Below, piece after piece: positions 9,316 through 19,669 of a stretch of DNA of 64,000 nt (its first letter is position 1; each line of letters starts with the position of its first letter). Source of the DNA: Myxococcota bacterium (GTDB lineage Bacteria; UBA10199; JACPAL01; GCA-016699445); the NCBI GenBank assembly GCA_052033505.1, contig JBPOJN010000002.1, positions 7,769 through 71,768 on the forward strand, given 5' to 3'. The notes under the pieces are model-generated. The model was not told the origin of the DNA. It ran no database searches and saw nothing but the letters and a program-made list of their open reading frames with translations. Made by a program: the position numbers and the translations under genes.

Positions 9316-11859
9316 TTATCTTTGTTCCGGTAGCGTATGCACTGTACGGGACAGTGTCGTGCTGACCGTCGTGATGCCCCCGCCTTGGATGATGAGCTGT
9401 CCCGGGGTGCCGTTGTACAGAGGTGAGAAACGCACGGTCGCGGTCCGTCCGTCGGCGAGCGTGATTTCGACGCCGACCAAGCCTCCCGCGTCCGAAGCGG
9501 CAACCGAAGAGACGGAGTTATTGATCGAAAGCACGTGCAGGTATTTGTTATCGCCGCCTGCGACCGTCTCGTCGAGGCGGTATCCGTCATCGTAATCCGA
9601 GGACGACGTGTGCCAGTTGAAGACGCTGGTCGTGACACCGCTCGTGGGCAGGATGCGGTCGACTTTCAAGGTGTTTACGTTTCCGGTGAAGGTCGCGCGC
9701 GTGCCTGCGACGGTGGGTTGTTTCGGCGAGTTCAATTGCCAAACCTGCTGCGTACCCGAAACAGAGTTCACGCGGTCGAAGACGACCACGACGTCGGGCT
9801 CGATGTAGACCATTTCTCTCTGCGCGGCCGTGACTTGGGATGGATAGTTGTCGTCGCGGTATTGATAGATGGGGCTATTGTCGGTCGCAATGTGAAACCA
9901 GTTTTCACCGTTCGGCAATGCGCCTTGGGTCACGGCCTGGACGGTCGATACGGCGCCTTCCCATTGCCGTACCGGCTGGCTGGGCATGTAGGGGGCATTG
10001 CTCGTGTGCACGATCTTGACTAAGTTGTGAAAGGGCGTTTCCTGGCCCAAGCCGGAATGGAAATTATAATTTTCGTCGTAAGCCAACCACTCGCCTTTAT
10101 AAATCAGGAAAGAACCCTGGTCTTGGTGGGCATGCGACTCGGTATAAGGACCGGCGGTGAACTGCACCCACGTCGCCGTCGTATCCCAGCTTGATCTCAA
10201 ATAGGTCTGGCCGGTGCCCGAGGCGTAATAAGCGGTGTTCAATCCCGTCAGCGCGGCGGGCGTGACGAGGTTGTTATTCGCGTAAAGGAAATCATAAACG
10301 CGCATGAAGGAACTGCCCATCTCCGTTACCGAACTGTGGTCAATCAGCCAGTAACCGCGCGGCGCCAAGACGGGATCGCTGCGCAGCAGGTAGGACAGCG
10401 TCTGGATGTAATGGCGGTGATAGTCGAAGAACGCCGCCGTTTGATCGCGCGCGTGGTCACCGACTAATGAAATGCGGTTGCGCGTCGGGACGACCATGTG
10501 GATCATATTCAGGAGCGACGAGCGCGTGTGCGGCGTGAGCTGTGAAATGTCCTCGCCCGTCGAACTTTCCCAAACGTCGTAGAGTTCGAAGAGGTTCATC
10601 ATTGCGGTGCCGTAACCCGCGCCTTCGCGGGAGCCGCCGCCGATCAAGTCGCTGTTGAAAGTAGGTACCAGTTGATTTTGGATTTTTTCATACCTGAATT
10701 TCGTGACCCATCCTTCGGCATCCGGGATTTCGTCCAAGGCGGCGAGGCCCAGCAGCATTGTGGCGCGCAAGAAAGAGTAGTAGTAATTGTTGACCGGATT
10801 GTCGATCGACCATCCGGACCAATGCAGAACAGGATCTTGTGGGTTTAATTGCGCCAGGTTGTGGGCTCCCCACGTCTCGTGCTCGTGATTCCAAACGTTC
10901 CAGACCGTTTGATTCGCATAGGCGAGCCACCGGGTTTTCATCGCCGACGTCAGGCTGGGATGGTCGAAGCACCAATCGTACACGAGCGCGATGTCTCCGA
11001 TATAATGCCCTGTTTCCAAATAAGAATCGCCCGAAACTTCCGGCATGCTGCCGCGATCATTCGGGTCCAAAGTCGCTATGCGCGTCTCTTCCCCGGAAAC
11101 GAATTGATCGAGGAGAGTGATCGCCTTCGCGCAATATTGGGCATCACCGGTCAATTGTCCTAGTAATGCGAATTGCCAGAGGCTGAATCCGCTGCTCTGC
11201 AAGTCGGTCCAGGTGGAACCCAGGCGGCTGTCGATGGCGCTTTTGAAGCGCGTCGCCACGGTGAGGTTGCTGCTCAGCATCGCCTGCAAGCGGGTTTTGT
11301 TGTCGTTGATATAAATGCGCGGATGATTATTGGCGAACGTGACGCCTACGTTGACGACGAGCGTGATGACGGCGGAGCGCGAGGAATTGTGCCGGCTCGT
11401 CGCGCGGATCACGACGTCGGTATTTTGGCTCACGCTCGGTGCCGTATAGGTCACTGTGCCATTGGAATTGTTTTGTAGGCTGCCTCCGCCTGAGATGAGC
11501 GTCCAGTTGATGCCTGTATCGTAGGTGCCCGTGCCGAGTACGGCGGCCGTCAGGGTGGAATTTCCGCCAGGTGTCAGTGTGAGGGCGGAAGCGCTTAAGT
11601 TGACGCCCGTGACTTCGTCGAGATCCGCAGGGGTGCCGGTGCCGCCGGGGTTGTTCGTGTCATTATTATCCGTCGTATCTCCGGAGTCGGAACCTCCATT
11701 CGTATTTCCCGTCCCGTTTCCAGAATTGTTATCGCCTCCCGAGTTGGAAGAGTCCGTGAAGTCGGAAAGACTCGGCACGATACAGCCCGAAAATGCCGCT
11801 AGAAAAAAAGACGAAGTTAAGACAAGAAACCAGGAACGAAATTTGGCGCGTTGCATCAT
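9316..11859 (-). CDS. Heparinase II/III-like polysaccharide lyase paralog with an N-terminal Gly/Asn/Ser-rich linker and a Big_2 (bacterial Ig-like) domain.
   Basis: Lipoprotein signal (FLAAFSGC). A low-complexity SNSGGDNNSGNGTGNTNGG stretch is followed by a Big_2-like segment (LTLTPGGNSTLTAAVLGTGTYDTGINWTLISGGGSLQNNSNGTVTYTAP). The remainder is collinear with, and closely similar to, the 7144-9240 product (same WNVWN…, NPVNNYYYSFLRATMLLGLAA and ESHAHQDQGSFLIY motifs). Confidence 0.75.
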   Translation of the reverse strand: MMQRAKFRSWFLVLTSSFFLAAFSGCIVPSLSDFTDSSNSGGDNNSGNGTGNTNGGSDSGDTTDNNDTNNPGGTGTPADLDEVTGVNLSASALTLTPGGNSTLTAAVLGTGTYDTGINWTLISGGGSLQNNSNGTVTYTAPSVSQNTDVVIRATSRHNSSRSAVITLVVNVGVTFANNHPRIYINDNKTRLQAMLSSNLTVATRFKSAIDSRLGSTWTDLQSSGFSLWQFALLGQLTGDAQYCAKAITLLDQFVSGEETRIATLDPNDRGSMPEVSGDSYLETGHYIGDIALVYDWCFDHPSLTSAMKTRWLAYANQTVWNVWNHEHETWGAHNLAQLNPQDPVLHWSGWSIDNPVNNYYYSFLRATMLLGLAALDEIPDAEGWVTKFRYEKIQNQLVPTFNSDLIGGGSREGAGYGTAMMNLFELYDVWESSTGEDISQLTPHTRSSLLNMIHMVVPTRNRISLVGDHARDQTAAFFDYHRHYIQTLSYLLRSDPVLAPRGYWLIDHSSVTEMGSSFMRVYDFLYANNNLVTPAALTGLNTAYYASGTGQTYLRSSWDTTATWVQFTAGPYTESHAHQDQGSFLIYKGEWLAYDENYNFHSGLGQETPFHNLVKIVHTSNAPYMPSQPVRQWEGAVSTVQAVTQGALPNGENWFHIATDNSPIYQYRDDNYPSQVTAAQREMVYIEPDVVVVFDRVNSVSGTQQVWQLNSPKQPTVAGTRATFTGNVNTLKVDRILPTSGVTTSVFNWHTSSSDYDDGYRLDETVAGGDNKYLHVLSINNSVSSVAASDAGGLVGVEITLADGRTATVRFSPLYNGTPGQLIIQGGGITTVSTTLSRTVHTLPEQR

Positions 11860-11979
11860 AAGACATCCCCCGATGATGTGTGAAAGTGTAACAGGAAACT
11901 GAAGGGCCCCACAACATCGGGTTAAGTATTTGCCGTTATTTTTTTCGAAATGAGAAATATCGTATTATAAGATGAATAA

Positions 11980-13221
11980 ATGATTATAAATCATGAGGTT
12001 TTTACGGAAAAAAGAAAATTAATAAATGTATTAGCTGTTGGATTTATAGGACTTTTTGTCTTGTTGCAAAGCGTCTCTTGTCAAAGCGAAGCTAAGTCCA
12101 CAGCCGGCGAAGTGGATCGGAACTTCGGCCAGGACGGCGTCGTCACGTTCGATGCGGGGTCGATGGAAGAGGTGGTGACATTTTCCGAAGGCGGAGTCGC
12201 GGCCCTGACGTTTGATGCCGTAGGTCCGTCGACCTTCGTTTATACCGTCCGCAAATTCACTTCTCGCGGTGTGATCGATTCTGCCTACGGAGAAAAAGGC
12301 GCTGCCGTCGTGCGGAATTTCCGCGTCTTGCGTATGCGCGCGGCGCCGGATGGAAGCGTGGTGCTGGCAGCCCAGCGTTCGCGGACCGACGAGACGAAGT
12401 TCTTGATTCGCCTGACGCCTCAAGGATCTTACGATTCTTCTTTCGGAAAAAACGGCGTGGTTGAGATCGTAGATTCGAAGGCGCTTTCTTTCGTGGATTT
12501 CGACCTGGGAAAAACGACGGGCGACGTCGTGGTGTTAGGGACGCGCGGCGGACCTGACGCGCTTAAGATCGTCGTCAAACGTTTCTCGTCTAAGGGCGCT
12601 CCCGATCTCTCGTGGAAAAACGGCGAGTCCGACGTGGATTTTTCGAGGCCGGCTTGGGAATCCTTGAAAAAACCCGCTTGGATGGCGCCGGTGAGCTTGG
12701 CCTTAGACCCGTTGCTGGAACATATTTTCATCGGCGGCACGGTTTACATCGAAGCGCAGCCGCACATGGCGATCTTGAAACTCATGGCGTCGACCGGCGG
12801 CACGGGTTTGAGCGGCCACGGAGTTTCCGTCACTCCTTTCGGTTCTTCGGGCCTGATTTGGGAAGGCGCGGGGGCGGTCGCGGATCTTTGGATTTCCCGA
12901 CAGGATGAAAGCGTGCACGCCTTCGGCATCGACACGAATCCCATGGATCGGTGGATCGCGCTCGATACCGTTTACGACCGCAAAGGCCAGTCGACGCAGA
13001 GAGAGCGCCGGGGATGGGGCATGGATTTCAAGAGCGCGTTCGCGCCCGATGGCCGGCTGATCTTGATAACGGACCGCGAGAAAGTTTCTTGGAAGGGTTT
13101 GGCTCAGCCGCTTTCGGTACCAGGCTTGCGCGCGATCGCCGCGACCGCGGACGGTAAGGTTATTTTAGCCGAGCAATCGGAGGGCGGTCAGCCGGTGCGT
13201 TTAAAGCGTTTGTCGTTGTGA
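11980..13221 (+). CDS. Secreted lipoprotein with delta-60-type repeats (repeated xFGxxGxVxxD motifs; beta-propeller-like).
   Basis: The N-terminus has a hydrophobic core and an LQSVSC lipobox. Recurrent NFGQDGVVTFD / AYGEKGAAVV / SFGKNGVVEIVD motifs resemble delta-60 repeats described in deltaproteobacteria. Confidence 0.6.
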   Translation: MIINHEVFTEKRKLINVLAVGFIGLFVLLQSVSCQSEAKSTAGEVDRNFGQDGVVTFDAGSMEEVVTFSEGGVAALTFDAVGPSTFVYTVRKFTSRGVIDSAYGEKGAAVVRNFRVLRMRAAPDGSVVLAAQRSRTDETKFLIRLTPQGSYDSSFGKNGVVEIVDSKALSFVDFDLGKTTGDVVVLGTRGGPDALKIVVKRFSSKGAPDLSWKNGESDVDFSRPAWESLKKPAWMAPVSLALDPLLEHIFIGGTVYIEAQPHMAILKLMASTGGTGLSGHGVSVTPFGSSGLIWEGAGAVADLWISRQDESVHAFGIDTNPMDRWIALDTVYDRKGQSTQRERRGWGMDFKSAFAPDGRLILITDREKVSWKGLAQPLSVPGLRAIAATADGKVILAEQSEGGQPVRLKRLSL

Positions 13222-13264
13222 CGAGATCCGGGTAAAATCACCGTTCGATTTTAAAAGGAGGCCT

Positions 13265-14881
13265 ATGAGACATGCGATGCGTGCAGCGGCTGTTTTCTTT
13301 TGGGTGGCGGCTTTGATCGGATGCACCGTCGAGACGTCTCCGTCCGGAGGGACCACGGGAGGCGGCAACGCGGATGGTACGAACGGCGGGGGAACGCCGT
13401 CCGAAGGGGCCACCGGAGAGACACCCTCCGCGCCGACCGCGGCCAGTCCTGCGGCTTTAAGCTTCTCTGTGAGCTTAGTGCCGCAGTCGGGGATATCTGG
13501 CCAGGAAAGTGTTAATTTCGCGATCCCACTACGCGAAGGATTGCTCACCGACGAAAATCGCATCCGCCTCCTGCAAAACGGTTCCGAGATCACCGCGTCG
13601 CGGCGTGGATTAGCGCGGCATCCGGACGGCTCGTGGATGAGCGTCCAGATCCAAGCTCTGGTCACGATTTCCGGAACCACGGTGCTGAGCGTCGAAGTCG
13701 ATCAAGCGCCTTTGGTAAATTCTTCCAGCATGGTCGCCGTGAGCGGGACGCTGATCACGAACGGCACTTATGGTTATCAAGAACCGCGCGTTTGGGCCGT
13801 GTTGCCGGCCGCTTGGCTCGCCGATAGTGGTATCTCCGGGCCCGCGCTGGCGCAGGCCGACGTTCCGGCGGCTCTCAATGCATGGCAGACTTTGTGCGAC
13901 TATGACGCGTGGGACACGGCTCAATTTTTATCGGAATCCGCGAGCGGTATTTGGCTCTTCGACCGTCCGACGAGTTTCTATCGCGGGTACGCGATTACGG
14001 GCGCCCAAAGTCCTTTGATGTCGGCGTATCGCGAAACGTCCCTCTATCTGAACCGCATCTCGGGCACGGGAAGCGCAACACGGATCACGTTGCCCAACGT
14101 TTCCAACGGCGATTTGAAATATCATTACACGCAAGGTCTCGCGCTTCATTACCTGCTGACCGGCGACGACCGTTACCGTGAGGCCGCGGAGAATATTGCA
14201 ATCCGTGCGCACGATCTCTGGACGGATCCCGGATACGACGGAGGCGACGATTTCTGGACCGAGCGCCATGCGGGTTTCGGTTTGCTCGCCTACGAATGGG
14301 CCGCGCGCGTCTCGGACGACCGCGCGTCGACGTTCGTGGCTTGGAGCAATGAGGCGGTGACGGCCTACTTGGAGGCTCAGGAAGGTTTCCCTTCAGGCCA
14401 GACGCCCGCTTCTTGGCAGAATGGAAACACGACCGCGCGTTGTTTTTCCCACACTGCGGACGCTCACGATGAGGATTACGGGACGACCGGATGCAGTCCT
14501 TGGATGTCCGGCATTTTGGCCGACGGTTTGGAAGCCTATGCGATCCGTGTCGGCGGGACCGCGGCCGACGCCGCGCGACGGAGTTTGGTGAAACTCGGAC
14601 GCGCGATCGCCGAACATGGCCGCGATCCTTCGGGCAAACCTTATTACTGGATGGTAACGGGACAGGGTTCGGGGGAGGTGGATGATTTCGATGAACATTG
14701 GGGCGAGTCCGCTTACATTGTCGCGATGGCTTGGTATTACGGCGGTCGCTCTGACAGCGCTTTGAAGCAAGCGGCCGACGCGCTGGCCGCGGGATTTAAA
14801 AACAACGGCGAAGTAGGGCAGCTCCGGTCTTTCAATTGGCAATGCCGTTCCGCCGTGCAGACGCCGATCTATTTGAAGTAA
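13265..14881 (+). CDS. Lipoprotein of unknown function (538 aa). Possibly a polysaccharide-active enzyme, given the neighbouring lyases.
   Basis: RBS aaaaggagg lies 5 nt upstream of the ATG. The signal peptide ends in ALIGC (lipobox). A Gly/Thr-rich linker is followed by a long Trp/Tyr-rich domain. No motif recognised. Confidence 0.6.
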   Translation: MRHAMRAAAVFFWVAALIGCTVETSPSGGTTGGGNADGTNGGGTPSEGATGETPSAPTAASPAALSFSVSLVPQSGISGQESVNFAIPLREGLLTDENRIRLLQNGSEITASRRGLARHPDGSWMSVQIQALVTISGTTVLSVEVDQAPLVNSSSMVAVSGTLITNGTYGYQEPRVWAVLPAAWLADSGISGPALAQADVPAALNAWQTLCDYDAWDTAQFLSESASGIWLFDRPTSFYRGYAITGAQSPLMSAYRETSLYLNRISGTGSATRITLPNVSNGDLKYHYTQGLALHYLLTGDDRYREAAENIAIRAHDLWTDPGYDGGDDFWTERHAGFGLLAYEWAARVSDDRASTFVAWSNEAVTAYLEAQEGFPSGQTPASWQNGNTTARCFSHTADAHDEDYGTTGCSPWMSGILADGLEAYAIRVGGTAADAARRSLVKLGRAIAEHGRDPSGKPYYWMVTGQGSGEVDDFDEHWGESAYIVAMAWYYGGRSDSALKQAADALAAGFKNNGEVGQLRSFNWQCRSAVQTPIYLK

Positions 14882-14943
14882 GAAACCGAAAAATTCCTTT
14901 TTTTCGTCTCGACTTCCCTCTTTCGCGAATATAGGTTTTTTGG

Positions 14944-15858
14944 ATGCAAAAAACGGAAAAAATCTGGCTGGACGGTAAAATGCTGCCTTGGGACGAGGCC
15001 AAGGTGCATGTCCTCACGCACACGCTCCACTACGGTCTCGGCGTCTTCGAAGGCATTCGCGCTTATGAAGGGAAAAAAGGCACCGCGATCTTCCGCCTCA
15101 AGGAACACATCGACCGCCTCTATGACTCCGCTCATATCCTGATGATGGAAATTCCGTTCAAGCGCGAAGACATCATGGAAGCCTGCCGCGAAATTTTCCG
15201 CGTGAACAATCTCAAGCACGGGTATTTGCGACCGCTCGCGTTCATGGGCGATGGCGAGATGGGATTGCATGCGATGAGTAATCCCATCCGCGTGATGATC
15301 GCCGCCTGGCCGTGGGGCACGTATCTCGGCGACGAGGGCGTGAAAAAGGGCATCCGTCTGAAAGTCTCTTCGTTCTCGCGTCATCATGTGAATTCGACTT
15401 TGAATAAAGCCAAGACGTCCGCGAACTATGTGAACTCGATCCTCGCCAAGCGCGAAGCTCTGAAAGCGGGATACGACGAAGCGATTCTGCTCGATACGGA
15501 TGGGTACATCGCCGAAGCGACCGGAGAGAATGTCTTTCTCGTGAAGAACGGCACGGTTTATACGACGCCCACCGGCGCCTCGATCTTGGACGGTATCACG
15601 CGCGCCTCTATCATCCGTATTTTGAAGGATTTGAACATTCCCGTCGTCGAGCAGAAATTCACGCGCGACGAAGTCTATCTCGCCGATGAAATGTTTTTGA
15701 CCGGCACCGCCGCGGAAATCACACCCGTGCGCGAGATGGACGATCGCAAGATCGGAGAAGGCAAGCCGGGACCGATCACGCAGAAGGTGAAAGATATTTA
15801 TTTCGCGGCCGTGCGCGGGGAGAATGACGCCTACAAAGGATGGTTAGACTACGTTTGA
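14944..15858 (+). CDS. ilvE: Branched-chain amino acid aminotransferase.
   Basis: The N-terminus [35 protein letters not shown] is nearly identical in pattern to E. coli IlvE ([35 protein letters not shown]). Length is 304 aa (class IV PLP fold). Confidence 0.9.
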   Translation: MQKTEKIWLDGKMLPWDEAKVHVLTHTLHYGLGVFEGIRAYEGKKGTAIFRLKEHIDRLYDSAHILMMEIPFKREDIMEACREIFRVNNLKHGYLRPLAFMGDGEMGLHAMSNPIRVMIAAWPWGTYLGDEGVKKGIRLKVSSFSRHHVNSTLNKAKTSANYVNSILAKREALKAGYDEAILLDTDGYIAEATGENVFLVKNGTVYTTPTGASILDGITRASIIRILKDLNIPVVEQKFTRDEVYLADEMFLTGTAAEITPVREMDDRKIGEGKPGPITQKVKDIYFAAVRGENDAYKGWLDYV

Positions 15859-17099
15859 TGAACGCGATTTTTCCGCCCGCAGGCTCCATTTTCCGTCTCC
15901 GCGACTTCCGATACTTTCTCATCGCAAGATTCCTTTCGATCTTGGGCCATCACATGATGATCATCGTGCTGTCGCAGGCGATCTACGACAAGACGCACGA
16001 CCCCATTCACCTGGGCTACATCGGCCTCGCGACATTTTTGCCGAAATTCCTTTTTACGTTACCCGCCGGCCACGTGGCTGACCGTTTCGACCGGCAAAAA
16101 GTCGTGATGGTCTGCCGCGCCCTGGAGGCGATCTTCAGCCTTTCGATCGCGGTCGCGTGCTTTTGGAACCTCGAGCCCCTGATACTTACTTACGCACTCC
16201 TGTTGGTCTTGGGCATCGCCTACGCCTTCGACGGACCCGCGACGCAAGCGATCATCACGCAGCTCGTCCCGACCGACCGGTTCGCAAAAGCCGTTTCGTG
16301 GAACATGATCATCTTCCACACCGGAATGATCTTAGGCCCGGTCTTGGGCGGTTGGATCTTCGCTTTGGGCCACGGTCCTTTTTGGGCCGTGTTTTCCGTT
16401 TTCGTCCTACGCATGGTTTCGACGTTTCTAGTCTCGCGTGTGCCGTCAAAAAAAGATCACATCGTGAAATCCGAAATCAGTTGGGAGAGCGCCATGGCGG
16501 GCGTGCGTTACGTCTTGAACCATCGCATCATCTTGGGCGCTATTTCCTTGGATCTTTTCGCCGTGCTCTTGGGCGGTGCTACGTCTCTGATGCCGATTTT
16601 CGCCAATGACATTTTAAAAATCGGTCCCAGCGGTTTGGGCATCCTGCGCACCGCACCGGCCGTGGGCTCGGGTCTCATGGCGATCCTCATGATCTGGATG
16701 CCGCCGATGCGCCGCGCGGGCCGCGCGGTTTTTTTAAGCGTCGCGATCTTCGGGCTCGCGACGATCGGGTTCGGCGTCTCCACGCACCTCTACCTCTCGC
16801 TCTTCCTGCTCTTCGTCATGGGCGCCGCCGACATGATCAGCGTGATGGTGAGGCAGACCCTCGTACAAGTCGAGACGCCGCCTCAGATGCGTGGCCGCGT
16901 GAGCGCGGTGAATTTAATTTTCATCGGGGCGTCGAACGAGCTGGGCGAATTCGAATCCGGCCTCACCGCGAAGTGGTTCGGCACCGTCCCCGCCGTCGTG
17001 ATCGGTGGTACGGGGACGATGCTGGTCGCGGGGCTTTGGGCGAAGTTGTTTCCGGGTCTTCGAAAGTTTGGGCCCTTAGAAAAAACGAAGCATGCCTAA
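15840..17099 (+). CDS. MFS transporter (about 12 TM; EntS/efflux-like).
   Basis: Hydrophobic throughout with about 12 predicted helices. Contains the MFS-type motif [15 protein letters not shown]. The start is uncertain (15840 or 15858); the ORF overlaps the ilvE 3' end. Confidence 0.75.
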   Translation: MVRLRLMNAIFPPAGSIFRLRDFRYFLIARFLSILGHHMMIIVLSQAIYDKTHDPIHLGYIGLATFLPKFLFTLPAGHVADRFDRQKVVMVCRALEAIFSLSIAVACFWNLEPLILTYALLLVLGIAYAFDGPATQAIITQLVPTDRFAKAVSWNMIIFHTGMILGPVLGGWIFALGHGPFWAVFSVFVLRMVSTFLVSRVPSKKDHIVKSEISWESAMAGVRYVLNHRIILGAISLDLFAVLLGGATSLMPIFANDILKIGPSGLGILRTAPAVGSGLMAILMIWMPPMRRAGRAVFLSVAIFGLATIGFGVSTHLYLSLFLLFVMGAADMISVMVRQTLVQVETPPQMRGRVSAVNLIFIGASNELGEFESGLTAKWFGTVPAVVIGGTGTMLVAGLWAKLFPGLRKFGPLEKTKHA

Positions 17100-19669
17100 G
17101 CGGCTTTTTTGCGGATAAAGGGATTGGTCGGGTCTTTGGGGCGGTGGGGTGGTTCGGGAGAGAAGTTCGGCGAAGAATTGTATTGAGAGTGCAAAGGCAC
17201 TTTCAAAGTGCCTAGCTGGTCCGGGATCGGTGACGCCTTGAATTTATGATGTTTCGCCTCGGCCCTTGAGGCTGCGATGCCGGCTAAGATCGCGAACGCG
17301 ACCCATTCCAAATCCTGCGCCGTGGCACCGCGGCTTTCCTGAAGCGTATAAAGTTCGAGTAATTTCCCGGGCAGAAGATGCATCTTCGCGGCTTCGAAGA
17401 GGTCGTTATAACGCCGGGTCTCGGCTGCGGGACGTCCGCTCAAAAGCGACGTGTCAAATTGGTCTTTTTTGACGCGATAACCGTCGGAGAGCGCGTTGCG
17501 CATGTCGACGATCTCATCCCGCGCCTGGATCTCGCGAATGATCTGCGTGACTTCCGCCGTTGGGACGTGCGCGAAAGCTTTCAGGGCCGGCGAGCTTTTC
17601 TTTTTACCCTCTGACGAGGAGCTGCGCCGGCGATTCGATGATTTTTCCACGATGGCGTGTCGCATCTGTTCGAAGTCGCTTAAGCGCATTTCTTCGGCTG
17701 TCATGGAAACCCGCTTCCTCGATTTTTTGCCTACGACCTTATCGAAATGTGTGACGATGTCGTGTTCGATAAATTTGATCATCGATTCGAGCATGGGGAT
17801 GAAGTGACTCGCCTCGTTGAACATATTGATCGCGGACGCGATGGCTGCGTTGTCGGCAGCGGTCTGCAGGAGAGAAAAGTTCTGCCAATATCCATCTGTG
17901 TCTCGTCCGCGCATTTTTTGATAAACGGCTTTGGAAAAACGCCACGGCAAGAAGAGGAAAGTCTTGAGGAAGCCGATCATGTGACGGTGTTTCAAGCCGT
18001 TCAAGGAATCTTTGTAGCGGATGAACCCATGATTTTTCTCGAACGTCTCCATCGCCTCCCGCACCTCGGGCGTGACGGCCTCGCCTAAATCGTCTTGATT
18101 AAAGCCCTGAAAATTCATCGAGATCTGGAGACTGCGGTTGCCTCTTTCGTCGCGATTCAGGCGCGTCTTGGAGACTAGGATCGAGCGCGCATTACGGTAA
18201 GTCTTATGATCCGTGAACGTATTGTCGATGGTCGAAGGCACTGCGATCTGCGGCAGAGGCGTGGACCGGCCCAAGTTCAGAGCCTGATTCAAATCCATTT
18301 TTTTACGGTTGTGTTCGTGACCGTGCACGTAAAGGATCACTTCTTTGCGCGATAGGGTGCGGCGGAAAATTTCCCGTGCGCGTTTGGTGCGTTTGTATTT
18401 CCTGTATCTTAAGCGCGAGCACTCCAGTATGTCTTCGGCCTTGAAGTGACCATGAATCTGAAAGTGCGCATTCGGATTTTCTTGCAATTGGCTTTCGATG
18501 AAATTCTCGATGAGCTGGGCTTGCAGTGCGGAGATTTCACCTTTGAAGGCGCCCAAGGTCTTGTCGTGATCCATGCAATCGATCGTGATCGTATAAAGCG
18601 GAAATTCCGTGCCGTCCTTGTCCCGGAAACGCGCGGATTCGGTCGCATGCAGGTAAAAAGGCTGAGGCCATTTGCTGCGGTATTCTTCATCGAGCACGCT
18701 CGTGTCGTGATTCACGACGCATTCCCAAAATCTTTGTTCTTTGTCTGAATTCGCGATCGTCGCGTCCGAAGGCGTCCAAAAAGTGCGGAAAATCTCCAAG
18801 ACGTTGTCGGAACGAAATTCGAGAATCTTTTCCCGGGAGCTGTTTTGTTCGCTGGGCAGCAGAATGCGGCATCCCGTACCGTCCGAGAGGACTTTGACGT
18901 TGATATCGCGCGTTTGTTTCGGCGAAATACGCTTCAAATTTGTAATGGACCGGATCGCATCGATGCTTCTTTCACGCGTCAGGATATTCGCTTCTTCACC
19001 AGCGGCCTCGAGCATTTCGCGGTTCAAGTCCCATTTTGCCAGCAGAGGGACGTTCAAGATCGTGCGAACCGCGCGGCTTTTGTAATTTACCACTCCCGCG
19101 AAATAGCCTCCGTCGTGATTGCCCGGCGCGAAACCGATGATGGGACGGCCGGTCGCAAACGCGATGGCGCCTACTTGGCCCATTTCTTCGCGTGTCGGAT
19201 TTTCCGCGCCGTCTCCCAGAAACGCCAGCGAAACGTGTACGGCATTCGCCTTGACCGCGTCTTGGTCGGCTTTTTTCACTAAGACGTATGTATAGAGAGA
19301 GGCGAACATTGTGGAAATGAGGCTGCGATAAGCGGTGTTTTGAATGCGGTCGAGCAAAGGTGACTGCAATGCGGTCGGCCGACGGCCCAGGGTGGTCTGC
19401 GGATCCCCGATGAGCAAGGTCACGACATCGCGATCCGGCCCTGTGATGAGTCCGCCCATTTTCGGAAAATTCCTATTTCGCGCACGAAGGCGTGCGGAGT
19501 CATCGCTCAAAGGAGAGGGGTAAGAAGAAGAGGGCGTAGTATGGTTATCGTTCGATGGGAAATTTCCAAAGACAGGAGCCGGGCCCGACGGAAGGCTTTG
19601 AGGGGAAATATTCAGACCGCGTGGGAACGTGCCGAACTGGTGTGCCGCGACAGGCAGAGCCATAAACAC
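17096..19669 (-). CDS. Large (857 aa) calcineurin-like metallophosphoesterase domain protein. It has a Pro/Ser-rich low-complexity N-terminus and a long C-terminal region of unknown function.
   Basis: Metallophosphoesterase motifs are present in order: …HVSLAFLGDGAEN… (GD), …GFAPGNHDGGYF… (GNHD) and …ILYVHGHEHNRK… (GHxH). There is no signal peptide; the first ~60 aa are rich in P/S/N/T. The ORF converges on, and overlaps by 4 nt, the MFS gene stop. Confidence 0.65.
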   Translation of the reverse strand: MFMALPVAAHQFGTFPRGLNISPQSLPSGPAPVFGNFPSNDNHTTPSSSYPSPLSDDSARLRARNRNFPKMGGLITGPDRDVVTLLIGDPQTTLGRRPTALQSPLLDRIQNTAYRSLISTMFASLYTYVLVKKADQDAVKANAVHVSLAFLGDGAENPTREEMGQVGAIAFATGRPIIGFAPGNHDGGYFAGVVNYKSRAVRTILNVPLLAKWDLNREMLEAAGEEANILTRERSIDAIRSITNLKRISPKQTRDINVKVLSDGTGCRILLPSEQNSSREKILEFRSDNVLEIFRTFWTPSDATIANSDKEQRFWECVVNHDTSVLDEEYRSKWPQPFYLHATESARFRDKDGTEFPLYTITIDCMDHDKTLGAFKGEISALQAQLIENFIESQLQENPNAHFQIHGHFKAEDILECSRLRYRKYKRTKRAREIFRRTLSRKEVILYVHGHEHNRKKMDLNQALNLGRSTPLPQIAVPSTIDNTFTDHKTYRNARSILVSKTRLNRDERGNRSLQISMNFQGFNQDDLGEAVTPEVREAMETFEKNHGFIRYKDSLNGLKHRHMIGFLKTFLFLPWRFSKAVYQKMRGRDTDGYWQNFSLLQTAADNAAIASAINMFNEASHFIPMLESMIKFIEHDIVTHFDKVVGKKSRKRVSMTAEEMRLSDFEQMRHAIVEKSSNRRRSSSSEGKKKSSPALKAFAHVPTAEVTQIIREIQARDEIVDMRNALSDGYRVKKDQFDTSLLSGRPAAETRRYNDLFEAAKMHLLPGKLLELYTLQESRGATAQDLEWVAFAILAGIAASRAEAKHHKFKASPIPDQLGTLKVPLHSQYNSSPNFSPEPPHRPKDPTNPFIRKKAA

